Source of the DNA: Stylophora pistillata
Lineage: Eukaryota
DNA: 64,000 bases
NCBI RefSeq assembly: GCF_002571385.2
Contig: NW_019217940.1
Span: forward strand, 283,432 to 347,431
Reading direction: 5' to 3'
The notes under the pieces: model-generated
What the model was told of the DNA's origin: nothing
The model's input: only the letters and a program-made list of their open reading frames with translations
Database searches by the model: none
In this document: positions 47,217 through 59,960 of the stretch, in pieces
How the letters are laid out: every line of letters begins with the position of its first letter
How positions within the stretch are numbered: the stretch's first letter is position 1
Made by a program: the position numbers and the translations under genes

Positions 47217-50200
47217 CGCGGTTGGCACCGAGTTTTGATGTGTTTTTATTGTGGTCGTAGTCGAAGTTTGGGCACAGGAAGGCACAAGGTATGAAAAATA
47301 ACTTAAGACCATGATGGAGATTCTTTGATATTCATTACCTTGGTGTTAATGGGTCGTAAGAGGCGTTGGTCAGTTTTGACTTCCAAGAAGTGAATGTCTA
47401 TGAAGTCACTCGCGCTTTGTTCGGGCGTCATGTTGGACATAGCAGTTGCCAACTTCAGAAGTCTTCCAAGGACTTCTGGCACAACGCCCGGAGTGTATCA
47501 GGTTCGCTTGTGTTTACAGTCGGTCACCAACCTGGCGCCCGAATGAGATGTCATAGCATCAGGGATTACCTTGTCGTTTTGCGCTACTCTGAAGCTAAAT
47601 GACTACGTTTCTTGTAGAATTTTGTTTGGATTTTTTAAGCGTAGCATTAGACAGAAGCACTTGTCATTTAACATTTGCGGGACTATGATCGCACTAAGTA
47701 GCATTTTTATGAGAAATTCCGTGAACTAATGTAACTTAGGCTGCCACTGTTACATCGGTCGTGTCATGCATGACAAGAAACTGACATACAAAAACTTTTG
47801 CATTGGTTGTAGTTTTATTATTGTTTCACTGTGTCTATGATATTGTGACACCTCGAACGGTCAACTGTAAGGTAGTGCACAGATTGTTGTCTTACGCCAT
47901 GTTGTTTTGGTCGTGGAGAGGACAGTCGTGCTTAACAATTGAGGGTTTTAAAATCGTCGACAGTTTGCTTGACTTTCTTAAAATATTATCTTATCACTAT
48001 CGTTTTCATGGAAGTAATGTGAGAACCAGGTGTTTTAATGCTTTTAGATTGGCTTAATGTTAAATGTACTAATAAGAAAATCAAATGAAGTTGTATTTCT
48101 TGTATTTTTCGAAGAACCGGTGAAAGTTGGGAAACTCTTGTCGTCGAGAGTTGTAACCATGCTAGTTGTTGTAAATAAATCCAGAAGAGTTTGGAATCCT
48201 GTGTAGCGAGTAACTTCGGATCCGGGAGTTTTGTGTATTATGGCGCCTACTCGCGCGTTTTCGCGCACGGCGCGCACGGCAAGCCGTACACTCGAAACGA
48301 GTCGATTAATACGAGTCTTCGGTATTGCCTAGAAAAAATGTTAACTTCGTAACTAAATGAACTCAGATTTGTTCCTTTTGTACGATGTTCATGACAAGTG
48401 TGTTGTAACAAATTCTTCTTCATTCGACGATCGAGCATATAATTTACTCATTAATTTTACCTTTTCTTAAAATAATTTTCCTTCACTTCTTTCACTTTTA
48501 GGCAAAAATTTGTTTTCACCTTGACCGAGTGCATGGTGTAGAAAGTGCTTGATCCTATCATACAACGAATGTGTGACAACTATAATTAAAAATTGGTCTT
48601 CGTTTGAGATGAATTTATAGCTTACCATGCAAATTTTATTATCAATTTAAATCACGTGTAATTTTAATGGTTATAAACGACTTTGACTAGGTTAAAATGA
48701 AAATATTTGTTCACCTTCTGTTTTCTCAAAGAAAACCGAATTTCGTCAACCGAGGGGAAGTGACGCACCTTTGGACAATGAGGACAACCGCGTGCTTTTT
48801 TAAACGCATTGTTTTTTTTTTTCTTGTTTGCGTGAAATGCATTGTATGCCAAAGGTACAAACTTCGTGACGACAAGGCATCACGGCGTGCATTGCCCACG
48901 CTGTTTTGATCCAGATTTTTTTTTTCGTTTATCAAGGTGGGAAGTTCGTTTTTCCTCCTGAAAGAAAAATTCATGTTCCACCTCTCCTATTTATGACAAG
49001 AATCATTTCAAGAATAAAAACAGAACATAGCCAGTTTCACAGAAACCATGTCGTTCTTTTGTACTCTTGCTCCGACTGTCAAGTGAACCGTTTACACCGT
49101 CAAAACTCGACAAGCAAACTTTTCATTGGTCACTTTCTGCCATTCAAATCTCGTTGTATGTTTATTCATTTGTTACCATTCTCAGGAACACACTGGTGAA
49201 CTCTGGTTGACACTAACATGTTATACTTCCATCCGGCAGATTTTTTTATCTGTGTGTTGCAAAGGATGAAGATATTTGCCCTGTTTTGACCCCTTTCGAT
49301 TCTATGTACTTTTCTGTGTTACCTTTATAAACTCTCTCTTTAAGCTCTGAAATTTCTTTACGAATTACTGTTGTCTAATCGTTTGTTTAATGGTAATCTT
49401 TTTCGAGCTCTCACTTTTTGAACACTTAGAATCACATGCATCAAGGGTCAAATTGAAAGAATTTTGAAAAAAATCGATTTAAATATCATTGACCATTTTT
49501 CGTACAAATTCGTGGCAACTGCAAATAATTAATAAAACACTCAGTAGCTTTATTGTGTGAATTGCTCTGAACATAAATAACAAAAAACTTCATTTAAGAA
49601 TTTACGTTCTTTAACAAACCTTTTTGTAACGAGGTGCAACCTTTGTTCTTAGCTTAACAGTTTGATGTTTTTGTTTTAAATTAACCTATACATTGCAGCA
49701 GTTGTTTGTTAACTTTGTACCAATCTTGTTAACTTGTAGACTCGTTGACATTTTTAGTCAGTTCGTGCCATTGTTCCGCCCACGGACAAGGTAAATATAA
49801 ACTTTAATAGCTTCCACTTAGCCATAGTTTTGGCCATCATTGGGAGCTACGGACAAAATTATCGAGTTTGTCTAATTACATATTTACGTGATCGCTCGCA
49901 AAGGTGAAAGAGCCAAAACCAAACACTAATTGTTTCAAGGGATGTCTCAAGGATGTGTAAATTTCACAGAAAGAATAAAAAAGAATGAAAGAATTCTGTA
50001 GCCGTAAAATCTTCGCAATACGAGTCGAAGCGATAACTTTTCGTAACCCGACGGTGGCACGCGCCCGTGAGACCAGACGCGTGGCGGGGGGGGGGGAAGG
50101 TGGTTGTCCATGTTCTAGGGTCATGTTTGGCACGCGTCCTGTACACTACCAGGATCACCAGATCAAGTGCACTGCGTGCAAAGAAGACAATAGAAATGTT

Positions 50201-53200
50201 TAATTCTTTTATCGAGACTTGTAATAAAGTTTGAACCTTGAGGGCGGACAGTGATGACCAAATTGCTTTCCTAAGATGACGCAGACGCAGACACTTACTT
50301 GCGTTTGTTTTTAAACGCGTCGAGAGCTAAATAGTAATTACCTAGAATGGTTTTTTAGATGAGCTTTGAAACCTTTTGAGGAAATTGTGCGTGTTTTATT
50401 TAAGGTTACCTTTTCAATACCCAAGTACATGTGGGTTTATCATGAATGGACCATGTGTCACACATGAAGTTCTACGTGGTTCCTTTGTGTCTTTGTCTCC
50501 AAATGTGTGGTAGTGGGGAGGGGAGGGGAAGGTCAACACACCCTTTCCCACCCTACTACCCTACTCAAACAGTAAAGGGAATGTAAGCGTTGTCTTCAGT
50601 TCGTCTTTCCGAGTGATTTTTGCACTTTGAAATCCCAGCTCAGTCCAGTACATTCCAGTGTGTTCATTGTGTCATGTGGAGTCTTGTACACGAGGAGGTC
50701 ATGATTAGCCCAACTTGATTTCTTCTTCTCGAGGTCGACCCGCTCAGTTTCTTCCCAAAAATTACACAACATTGGGGTCAATTCAGTCGCATCGCTATGG
50801 GTAAATATGTATTTCAACATAGAATCGATACAAAATCTGAATCAAAATTGTGTTGCAATTGTGACGGTTGCGAAGCAAGTTGAACGATAAATCGCACATG
50901 TTGTAGTCTCGCTCGCATTTATAACCTGGTGTGAGCCATTTTCCTTTCTGGTAGATCTCATTTTTTATGTGTTAAACTTGAAACTCGGTTAAAAATTTAC
51001 CATTAATGTCGTTGAAATTAATGTCACTCGTTTTATTTCCTCTAGATTTCAGTGTAGAAAAGGTGAATGAATTGGTCTGTTTTCGTTAAGATGGAGGATG
51101 GGCGTTAGTCTCCGTCCTTAGGTAACTTGTGTAGTTTTTTTCGTCGAAACACTTTTTTAGATTAGTAATGTAACAGGCATTTACACCACGGTTGTATTTC
51201 GTATGTTTCGTGAGAAATTCGTTTTGAGGGGAGGAACCTTCGTCAAATATTCTTGAAATACTCAGGTTATGTCGCTTTTTGTTAACTATCGGGAATTCCC
51301 GAAACCTTCTGAACAAAAATTCGAACGGCAGTGGCAACGCTTCGCCATCCTCATGAAAGAAAACTTACACACTCCCCCTTTTCGCACCGCCTCCGCTCCG
51401 GATAGAAGAACATCAAGTGCTGCCGATAAAAATGAAGTTTTGTCAAATGAGTTGGAAGTTAGGCGTGGGTGACAGATCAGTAGTTTTGACAGGAATATTT
51501 TGATATTCTTTTGCCTTGCTTATTACCTTGGAAACAGATGAACTTGGAGTTCTTGGTAACCCAGTGAATTTACTGCATTCTGAAAATGAATGAATGAATT
51601 AAACCGACTTGGGTAACAGAAAAAAAAAACTGTTTCCAGTTGTGTAAGATGTGAATTGTTGCTGAAATAGTGAGGGCGTAAGAAACTTATTTGTGTTTTG
51701 TGTGGTAGCTGAGAAAAATGTAAAAACATGTTCAGAGACAAGCAACATCTGAGCAAAGTTTAAAATGTCAGCGTCCGAAAAGTATCCTAAAATTAGTATT
51801 TATCGAGTGAGTTGGTGACGTTCGGCCTTTCTTTGAAAGTGTCCTCGTAAGTACTCTCTATTTTCCTTTGAACTTTTGCGTGTCACCTCAAAACAAACCG
51901 GTTTTGTTTTCCCTCGTTGGTAAACAGCGCACTTAATTTATTCAAGAGCTGTTTTCCTGAAGGAAGTTAAAACCTAACGACCCGATCTCTGAAAGAAAAA
52001 TCGGCGCTTTTATTAAGCTCTTGCAAATGATCTTTGCATCTTTGAGTTTCCAGCCAGGCCAAAGTTATATGTCACCGAAGGACATAGTGTCTGGTAGATC
52101 AGTTTTTCTTTTTCTTCTCAGCGACGCTAACTGTTATTAAGTCGCACTACAGGAAGACTATTGTCACATAAGATTTATATGTTCCTCTTAATCGTTCAGT
52201 GTCTGGTCCTAATTTCTGACGCTCATACGAGTTAAATTTGGTTTATAATTATAACATAGAGGTTCTCTTTTTTTCAAATCCTTTTGAAATTAACCTTGGT
52301 GGACATTCTGTTCCTTGGTCGTCAGCGTAGAAAAGAAAAGTGTCTAGTTAATCTTCTTTGTTTTTTGAGTAGTATCTCAACACTCCTATCACTGATGTCG
52401 ACAGCTCACATGTGAAAGGTAAAGAATTCTTTTTGTGGGCTCCTTTTTAACAGTTGAAAATATTGAATGCCCTTAACTACAAGAGCAAATTTTTTGGTTT
52501 TTTTTTGGTGCGTTCTAATAAGGCTGTTTTAGATTTTAAAGAAAGAATTATTTCGTACGAATCACAACTTCTTATATTTGTTTAGCTTTACAGGCGGATT
52601 TATTGAACTAATGGTAACTCGAGGTTACGAACTTGTTGATGAAACATTCCGCATTGGTGATTCATTTTAAGGCTGAGAAAAAAAATACACTAGATGTCTG
52701 ATTTTTTTTTTTTTCCGGCTCTCTAGAAAAGCGTATTCGATAATTTATTCGAAACAGAGTTTTAATGTCACAACTTCACTCTGTTTTAAGGAAAGTATTC
52801 GGTTAAACAATTCGTTCAGATTGGTTTTTCATGGCCAAGTCTCATCTGGCGTAATGAATGATCATAAGTTCTTCTTCTTCTTCAAAACATCTCGTATGTA
52901 AATTGACGTTGGGGTTTTAAGGCACTGAATTTTTCGGTTTTGTCTACGAGCAAAAATGGTGTCTTCGAACTGGAGATGATTTTGACAGTTTTGCGCTCGA
53001 TCAGAGGTGTCGATGTAATATCGGTGTACACCAATGTACCACACTACTGCTCAAAGAGCCTTTTCTATAATTTAATCTTTAAAAACACTATTGAATATCG
53101 TTGTTGTTTCAAGAGGGAATTTAGAGATCGTAAACACCCTCATCGCGGGGAATATCAGAAACTGTAGCATTTAATCTTACAAGAAAAATGATATGATGAT

Positions 53201-54675
53201 CCAGATGAAGACAATTCCGACAGCTAGCTATTTCCGTCCGTCATCAGTGGTGAGAAGTTAGTTTTTAAATTGTAATTAATCAGTATATTTCTTGAATATT
53301 GCTATATTTCGCCCGTAACTCAGAGGTGCGTGTTAAGTGTTGGAAAGATTGCGTGCGTAAAATTTTATGGAAATTTTCTCGAGAAGCTAATATAGCAGTT
53401 ATGAAGTTCGCGTGAATTCAGAGAATGTTTCCTTCTTTAAGGATCTATATTTACGCGCTTTTTTGTTTGGCAGGATTAGAGAATGAAAAGCTTTTAAAAG
53501 TATCATCGTAGCGGCTTTCTGTTAAATGTCGATTCCTGATCATTTGAAATCCGTGTGTGTATGTTTTAGCGTGGGTTGTTCCACAGGCGTTATAGTTGGT
53601 CAAACTGCTCGAGTATTGTGCCAATGACGCGAAGATATGCTTCGGCTTACAAACATAACTTTTCTAGAAACTACTGTTTTAATTTTTTTTCCCCTATCGG
53701 AAATGGCTCTATAAGTATTAGTTTGTTTTACTTACTTGCCTTACATATTACCAACGCAATGTGTCTCGCTTTGCGCTTAAAGAGAAGTTGTATTCGAATC
53801 AATATCTATTCCAATTCCTGGTCGCTGCAAGTGTTATGACAGAAATTGTGGGATTTTCGCTTATTTATCGGGTAACGTTCTTAAAAACCTGTGATAATAG
53901 GTGTTACCTACCACTGCACTTAATCTCCCTCAAAAAACTGTTAAAAAAGCATTAGAAACAATAGTTTCAAGGCCTGTTCCTCCTAAGAATTCTTCAGCAA
54001 CAACAATTCACTCTGTGCACGAAGCACATCCTCTAGGATTTTTGAGCAACCAGTTGAAAATAAAATTTAAGAATAATAGTAAAGCTTTATTAGAAATTTC
54101 AAGGTGAGAATGCGATATAAAAAGAGCACAAGTGACTGCTGTACGTGTTGTTAAAAAAACGGTGGTTGTTTTTATGCAAGATTAAGGTGGATATGCGCCT
54201 ATTCTGGCATCGGACCAGTTGTGGGCCAGTTCAGGTAAGTGATGTGATAAACATAGACACTCGCCCTTGTTCTATCTGTCAAATTTTACTAACATCATCA
54301 GCGCCAGAAAGGCCAATTAAAATTTAAAAGCGTCGTTTGTGAGAAAACAGCTCGAAGCCCGTCATTAGGCGTTCTTTTCGTAAACGCGCCAAAGTTATTT
54401 ATTCTTAAATAGCGGAGAGGGCAACTCCGTTGCCTGGGTTAAAAACTCGTCTCTAGCGTGAAAAACTGTGTTACTCAGAATTCACTCAAGCGTGGTAATT
54501 ATTCCAAAGCCACGTGGCATGTGGGCCAGCCCCCGTTTCTTCTTTCGGCCAATCAGCGTCCAGCGTTTGCCGGTATCTTTAGTGACATGTGACTAGACCC
54601 GGCTGGTTTTCTGCTCCCACTCACACTTACTCAAGAACAACATTTCATTGATTCGTTCCCTGTGCAAGGGAAAAC

Positions 54676-57420
54676 ATGGGCTCTCCCGAGCATTTGGTGT
54701 GTTTTCACTGCACTGTCACAAGATTGCCGTCAGGGGAATCGGACGCCGAAGAGGAAACCATCTCAGGGATTTCGTGGGTTGTCCTCGACGTGAAATCCAA
54801 TCAGGTAATAAAAAAATTTTTTTCTTGCGGTAACTTGTTATGGATTGTGTAAGCTGTGTTGGGGTTTCCCTTGTCGGACGAGAGAAAAATTTTCTCGAGG
54901 GCTCTGGGGGCGATACGGAGTTGGAACAATATATTGTTGATTTTTATCCTAACACTGTGTTCATTTATGCCGAATTAGCTTGGTTCCGTGCATAGATGTG
55001 TTGTGAATTCGGGCCTGTCTGGAGCGAACGAAGCGTTAAAACAACCCACCAACAAATCGCTTGTGACCAGTGAAGCTCAACAACTCGGGGACGCGTTAGA
55101 AAAGGTAACGTTACCAACAGTGTGTATTTAATCCATCATTTCCGTTCACCCTTTGTTCGATCAACAACAAGACACGAAAAATGTCGCTGTTAAAATACTC
55201 CGTTCTCTGTTGCCGCTGACGTTATCCCGTCTTCGGAAGAGCGCTTGCAGTCGACGGACGGAGGAGGCGAATTTTAAGACATACATGTCATGTAAAATTC
55301 ATACATGTTTTATTGGCGTGTTGTGATCGCTTGAACAGTTCTCAATCACATAGACACAACGACAACCAGCAAAGGCCGAAGAAGTTTCACCAAATTTATT
55401 TTTTGATCGCTCGACGGGGTGGGATAGTACATGCTTTCTGTACATTCGGCATTTTAAATGTGATCTCTCCGGTAAACAGGGGAGACGGTCCGCACGACAG
55501 GAATTAGCCGCGAGTTTAATTCGAGACGGTGCCGTTCGAAATTTAATTCTCGAAAGAAGTAGAAATAAAATATCGATATAACCGCGCTGAAATGAAATAT
55601 TAAAAAGGCAAACAGTTAATTCTAACAAGCTTTTATTCTTGAGGTTTATGGTGAAGTAAATATTTCCAAGATCAGAGATTGTATCGTTGGTTGCGGCACA
55701 AGGCCAAGTGGGAATGCGACGCAAGTGACGAACGTATGGGGCCTACTTTCTCTCGCCCGAGACAACACTGTGTATCGGATATTCAAAAAAATTTTGTAAA
55801 TACTCTTATCTGGTCTTTTGTTGAACTCTCGTATACTTGTGTGGCCAAGCATATTCCCATAGTTTCCGAGTCGCTGGGCGCCTGTTTGTTATAAATCTCG
55901 GCTTTTATTTTTATATTCTCTCTTTACAGCCCCCCTACGCAAGAAATATTGTTTTCTCTTTCCCTGTCGTATACAATATTCATGATCCTTATCGGCAGTT
56001 CAGAAAGAAAGTGTTAATACAGGTCTCTCTATGGGCCAATGAAATGTTTGCTCGTACAAATTCGTGTTTGAATGATTTTTTGTCGTTCCCCCGGAAATGT
56101 AAGAAAACCCCGAGATTTAAAAGTGCTCACAAAGTCGGACAGAAATGTACCCAAGGTTTAAAAGTGAAGCTTCGCATCGGGTCAAGAACCGAAGAACAGC
56201 GCCATCGATCGTTCGATATCATGTGTTTCCCTCGCGATCGCGTCAAATCTCATCCCAAAATAAATCTCAAATCTTCACTGATTGTTTTTGGAGAGTCACG
56301 TAAATGCCCGTCCGCCTATTAGCCCAAAACAACCCTTTTCTGTCGCACGCGTGTGCTTACGTTAAGTCTTAATTGGCTAAATTCTCGTTAGAAAATTCAA
56401 TCAAGTATTCTAGGTGGATTTTTTAATCGCTTGGTTTCCGCGTGCAAAAAAATTTGCATCGGCCCGAAACAGTAGTGTTCTCCATCGCTTGAAGGGGCGG
56501 CTGTATTGTTTTGGGAACAAAACCTAGACCCTTTTATTTTTCTTTGGTATTCTTTGAAGAACAACAAGAATGTGTGGACGTCCAGGTTCTTCTGTAAATA
56601 TCGCACTGCGTGAAATTTCTTTGTCCCGGCCATTGTTTTGTGACTGCAATTGTGCCTAACAGGAAACCCCTTAAAATATGTCAACACGGAGTGATTGGCA
56701 GCTAGTATTGTCAGTATGAAGAGGCTATTGGTTGCTTGTGTCGATAGATCGGTGTTGTCTCATTGTATTTCTTTTGTTTTAAAATATGCTGAAGAACTTT
56801 GTGTGATGTGATTAATTTTTCACCGGTTAATTCTAATTTGGCACAGGTTTTGTTTTCTCAGAATGAATAAACCTAAATTTTATTGCCTTAAGACCTCATT
56901 TATGATTAATTTTTAGGAAATTGTTTTTCTGTTTTTAAGTTTCACGTGTCTCTATTTTGACATGTGCAAAACGTTTCTTCTGTCAATGATTGAAAACTTT
57001 GATAATGATATCCTTTAGCAAATGAATGATGGTCAGTTTGCAAATGCAAAGATTTTGCTTATTTCCATAATATGCAGACACCTCGTCTGTGAAAATAATT
57101 TTTCAACTCTGAATGAATAAAGACAGGGATTGTTTTACAATTGCTTTAAAATGCAAACTGGGTTCCCCTTTTGCTCCACTTACAACATTTCCATCAATAC
57201 ATAGACTTTCTATTGACATAAGAATAAAGAAGCTGTGATGAGTATTCAATCTTTCATTTGGCTTTAAAAAAACCTCTTGTTGTCTAGTATTCGTTGCAAA
57301 TGAAATTTCTCATTACTCGGTTTACTAGCCAAAGCTGCTGTGAGAATCCCTCTTAAAATGTCACCATAGTAATTTTTGCCTAATATTTGAAATGTGTGAA
57401 TAATAATAATAATAATAATT

Positions 57421-57454
<34 letters not shown>

Positions 57455-59929
57455 GAAAAAATTCTAAAGGAGGTTGTGGTTAATCACCTTACTGAAGTAC
57501 ACTTATGATGAACTATTGCAGTTTGTAGTTTCTCTTGTGATGTAAATTTTTATGTTCAACTGGAGACTGGTTGTTACTTGATTTTTCGTTAGGTCCTTGT
57601 GCAGTAGAACTGTGGTGTAACTAGTTCAATTCCATAGCTGTGTTTGGGGCATCTCAATCCAAACTGTTTCAGAAAGGTTTTCCCTCTCTACAGTTCTCAT
57701 TGGAGTATTTTGATTTTAGCTTGTTAAGGGAGCTTTTCTCTCTGTTATCATTTGTTCTAATATTTCTGTGAATGGCCACCATTCATATGAATTTTCAACA
57801 CCACTGTTTTTGATAATTTTTTTTGGGAAAAGTCTTTGGTGAATAGTGTCTTGGACCATGTGTGTTTTGTTGTGTGGATTGCATTCAATGGACTTCACTT
57901 CAATCCAAAGAAGGCAAATTTCTGCATTATGAGCATGTTCTAAAATGGGAAAGCTTTGGCATCTGATACCTCAGTCTTCCTCTCTGGTAGATAGATCTCT
58001 TACTAATGTCACCTTTACCAGGTTCACAAATGTAATAGCTGTGCAATATAGCTTTGCCAAGCTGTGATCCTATTGTAGTCCCCAAGTTGAGTCCCCATAG
58101 CAGAGATATAGTGGTGTTGTTGGCAACCATAAGGTTGTTCAGACAGATAAAACTGAAGAGGATTTGAATTTAATTAAAGGCTTCACACTGCCATTCATTA
58201 TGCTGGCCTCAGGCATTTTCTGAAAGAGAGAGAGAGATGATAATATTGATCTTTTGTAGTATTCTGTTGATATCATCTATCCAGAACTGATTTGCTTCAC
58301 CTTTGCTTTATTTGATCCACAGTCTTAGTGAGCTTGGTTTAATTGACACAATTGAACTAAAGAAAAAAAAGATAGTGAGAGTTAATCAGACCAGTGAAGT
58401 TTTTCAGAGATTTCAAAATTGCACAAAAGAAAGCTTCTGAATGCTAATTTTGATACAAATCTATACCCAAATACATAAGCAAACCACAATAGCAAAAAAT
58501 TTGAGACTTTAGCCTTCTTCACGTGATAAAATAATATCATTTTCCTTTATCTACAGTTTGACAACTTTGTTGAGAAGACAGTGACATGTTCTGGGGAAAG
58601 ATGGAATCTTGTGACAGATGGACAGTTGCCATTAAGACATTACCTCCATTTGGAAGCTAGTAGAAAGAAAACTAAGTTGTCTCAACATTTTTACAGCTTT
58701 TATGATCTCAGGAAAGAAGTCAGAAAGGCATTAAAGCATGATTCTGACTTTAGAAGCCTTGAAGAAGTGGCCTCACGTATCCTCACCCTATATTTAACCC
58801 AGTGTGCTTATGTTATAACCTTTTTCACTGTTAGTATTTTTGTTCATGAACCATATGCAAGTTCAAAATATCTTCTCCGTTAAAGATTACTTTCAGAGAA
58901 GAAGAGGTAGAAATAAAGGAAAGGTAAGTCCAAATTTCTAAACCCTCTCTCTTCATGGCTAAGATAGCCTTTGCCTCAGAGGCTGTTCAAAGCGGTTTTC
59001 CTGGGTTACATTTTTCAAGTTTTATATTGTTAGCGAAGGAGGCTATCTTTAAAATCTAACTTTTATCTATTTTTTTTTTTAATTAACTTTAATGAAGGGC
59101 AAAGTTAGGATAAATGCATCCTAGAGGAACTTTGGAGTTGACCCTTCTGTGATCCACATTTGAAAAAGGAATTAGGAATGGTAAACCAATAACCATCAAT
59201 CAGCTTTAAGACACTGGGCGACAAAAGTTAAATAGAAAACTGACTTGTAAATGACCAAGACAAAGAAGGCTTGTTATCTTAAGGGACTAATAAGGAAGGT
59301 CAAGCCCTCTACTACAATGAGTTATTGTGACTGGTTAGGGCAATTCATCATTAAAAGACTCCTAGCATTTACACAGGAATGCTTTCAAATCAGTATTCCT
59401 TTTATCAGCTTAAATTGGAAATTTCCATGTCTGTTTTAGTCTGCATTTCAATTGGTTTCAGTGAACTGATATTAAGCTTAAATGTTTTTTTTTCCTCCAT
59501 CAAGTAAAACTTTGTGCACAGTCAAATTTTTCTTTCATGTATTTGCGTGGGTAATTAACTATTTTTATGCTATTTGGAATAAATTAGCACAACTAAATTT
59601 CCCAAAGATAAGGTAAAGTGAAATGTGTGGTTACAAATGAGAAATTATGGAACTACTTGATAATGATTTGCTTTTAGATCCAACTTTTTGCACTCAATCT
59701 CAATTTTTGCTTTGAATTCAAACTTTCTGAAGTGCCCGGGTTAATTGATATGCTCTAATTTCATCAGCTCTAAAATTACAATTCATGGAGTTCCCTTGAC
59801 ATTGATCTCAGACTGTCAAATTGATGCTAATAACAACAGTCCAGCTGGTCTGGAACACTGTAAACTCATGGCAAGTGTGGTTCAGTTTCTTGTTACAGAA
59901 GGTAAGCTTGCAAAATCAATTAATCCAAC

Positions 59930-59960
<31 letters not shown>

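Noticed and set aside
49876-51472. Several 64-85 aa ORFs between the dsRBM gene and ESRP
   Set aside because: No recognisable motifs, several start with TTG/GTG, and no consistent splice structure.
51896-51905. Grainyhead-type AAACCGGTTT site ~2.8 kb upstream of ESRP
   Set aside because: Biologically attractive, but a single 8-10-mer is expected by chance in 64 kb; no clustering or conservation evidence.
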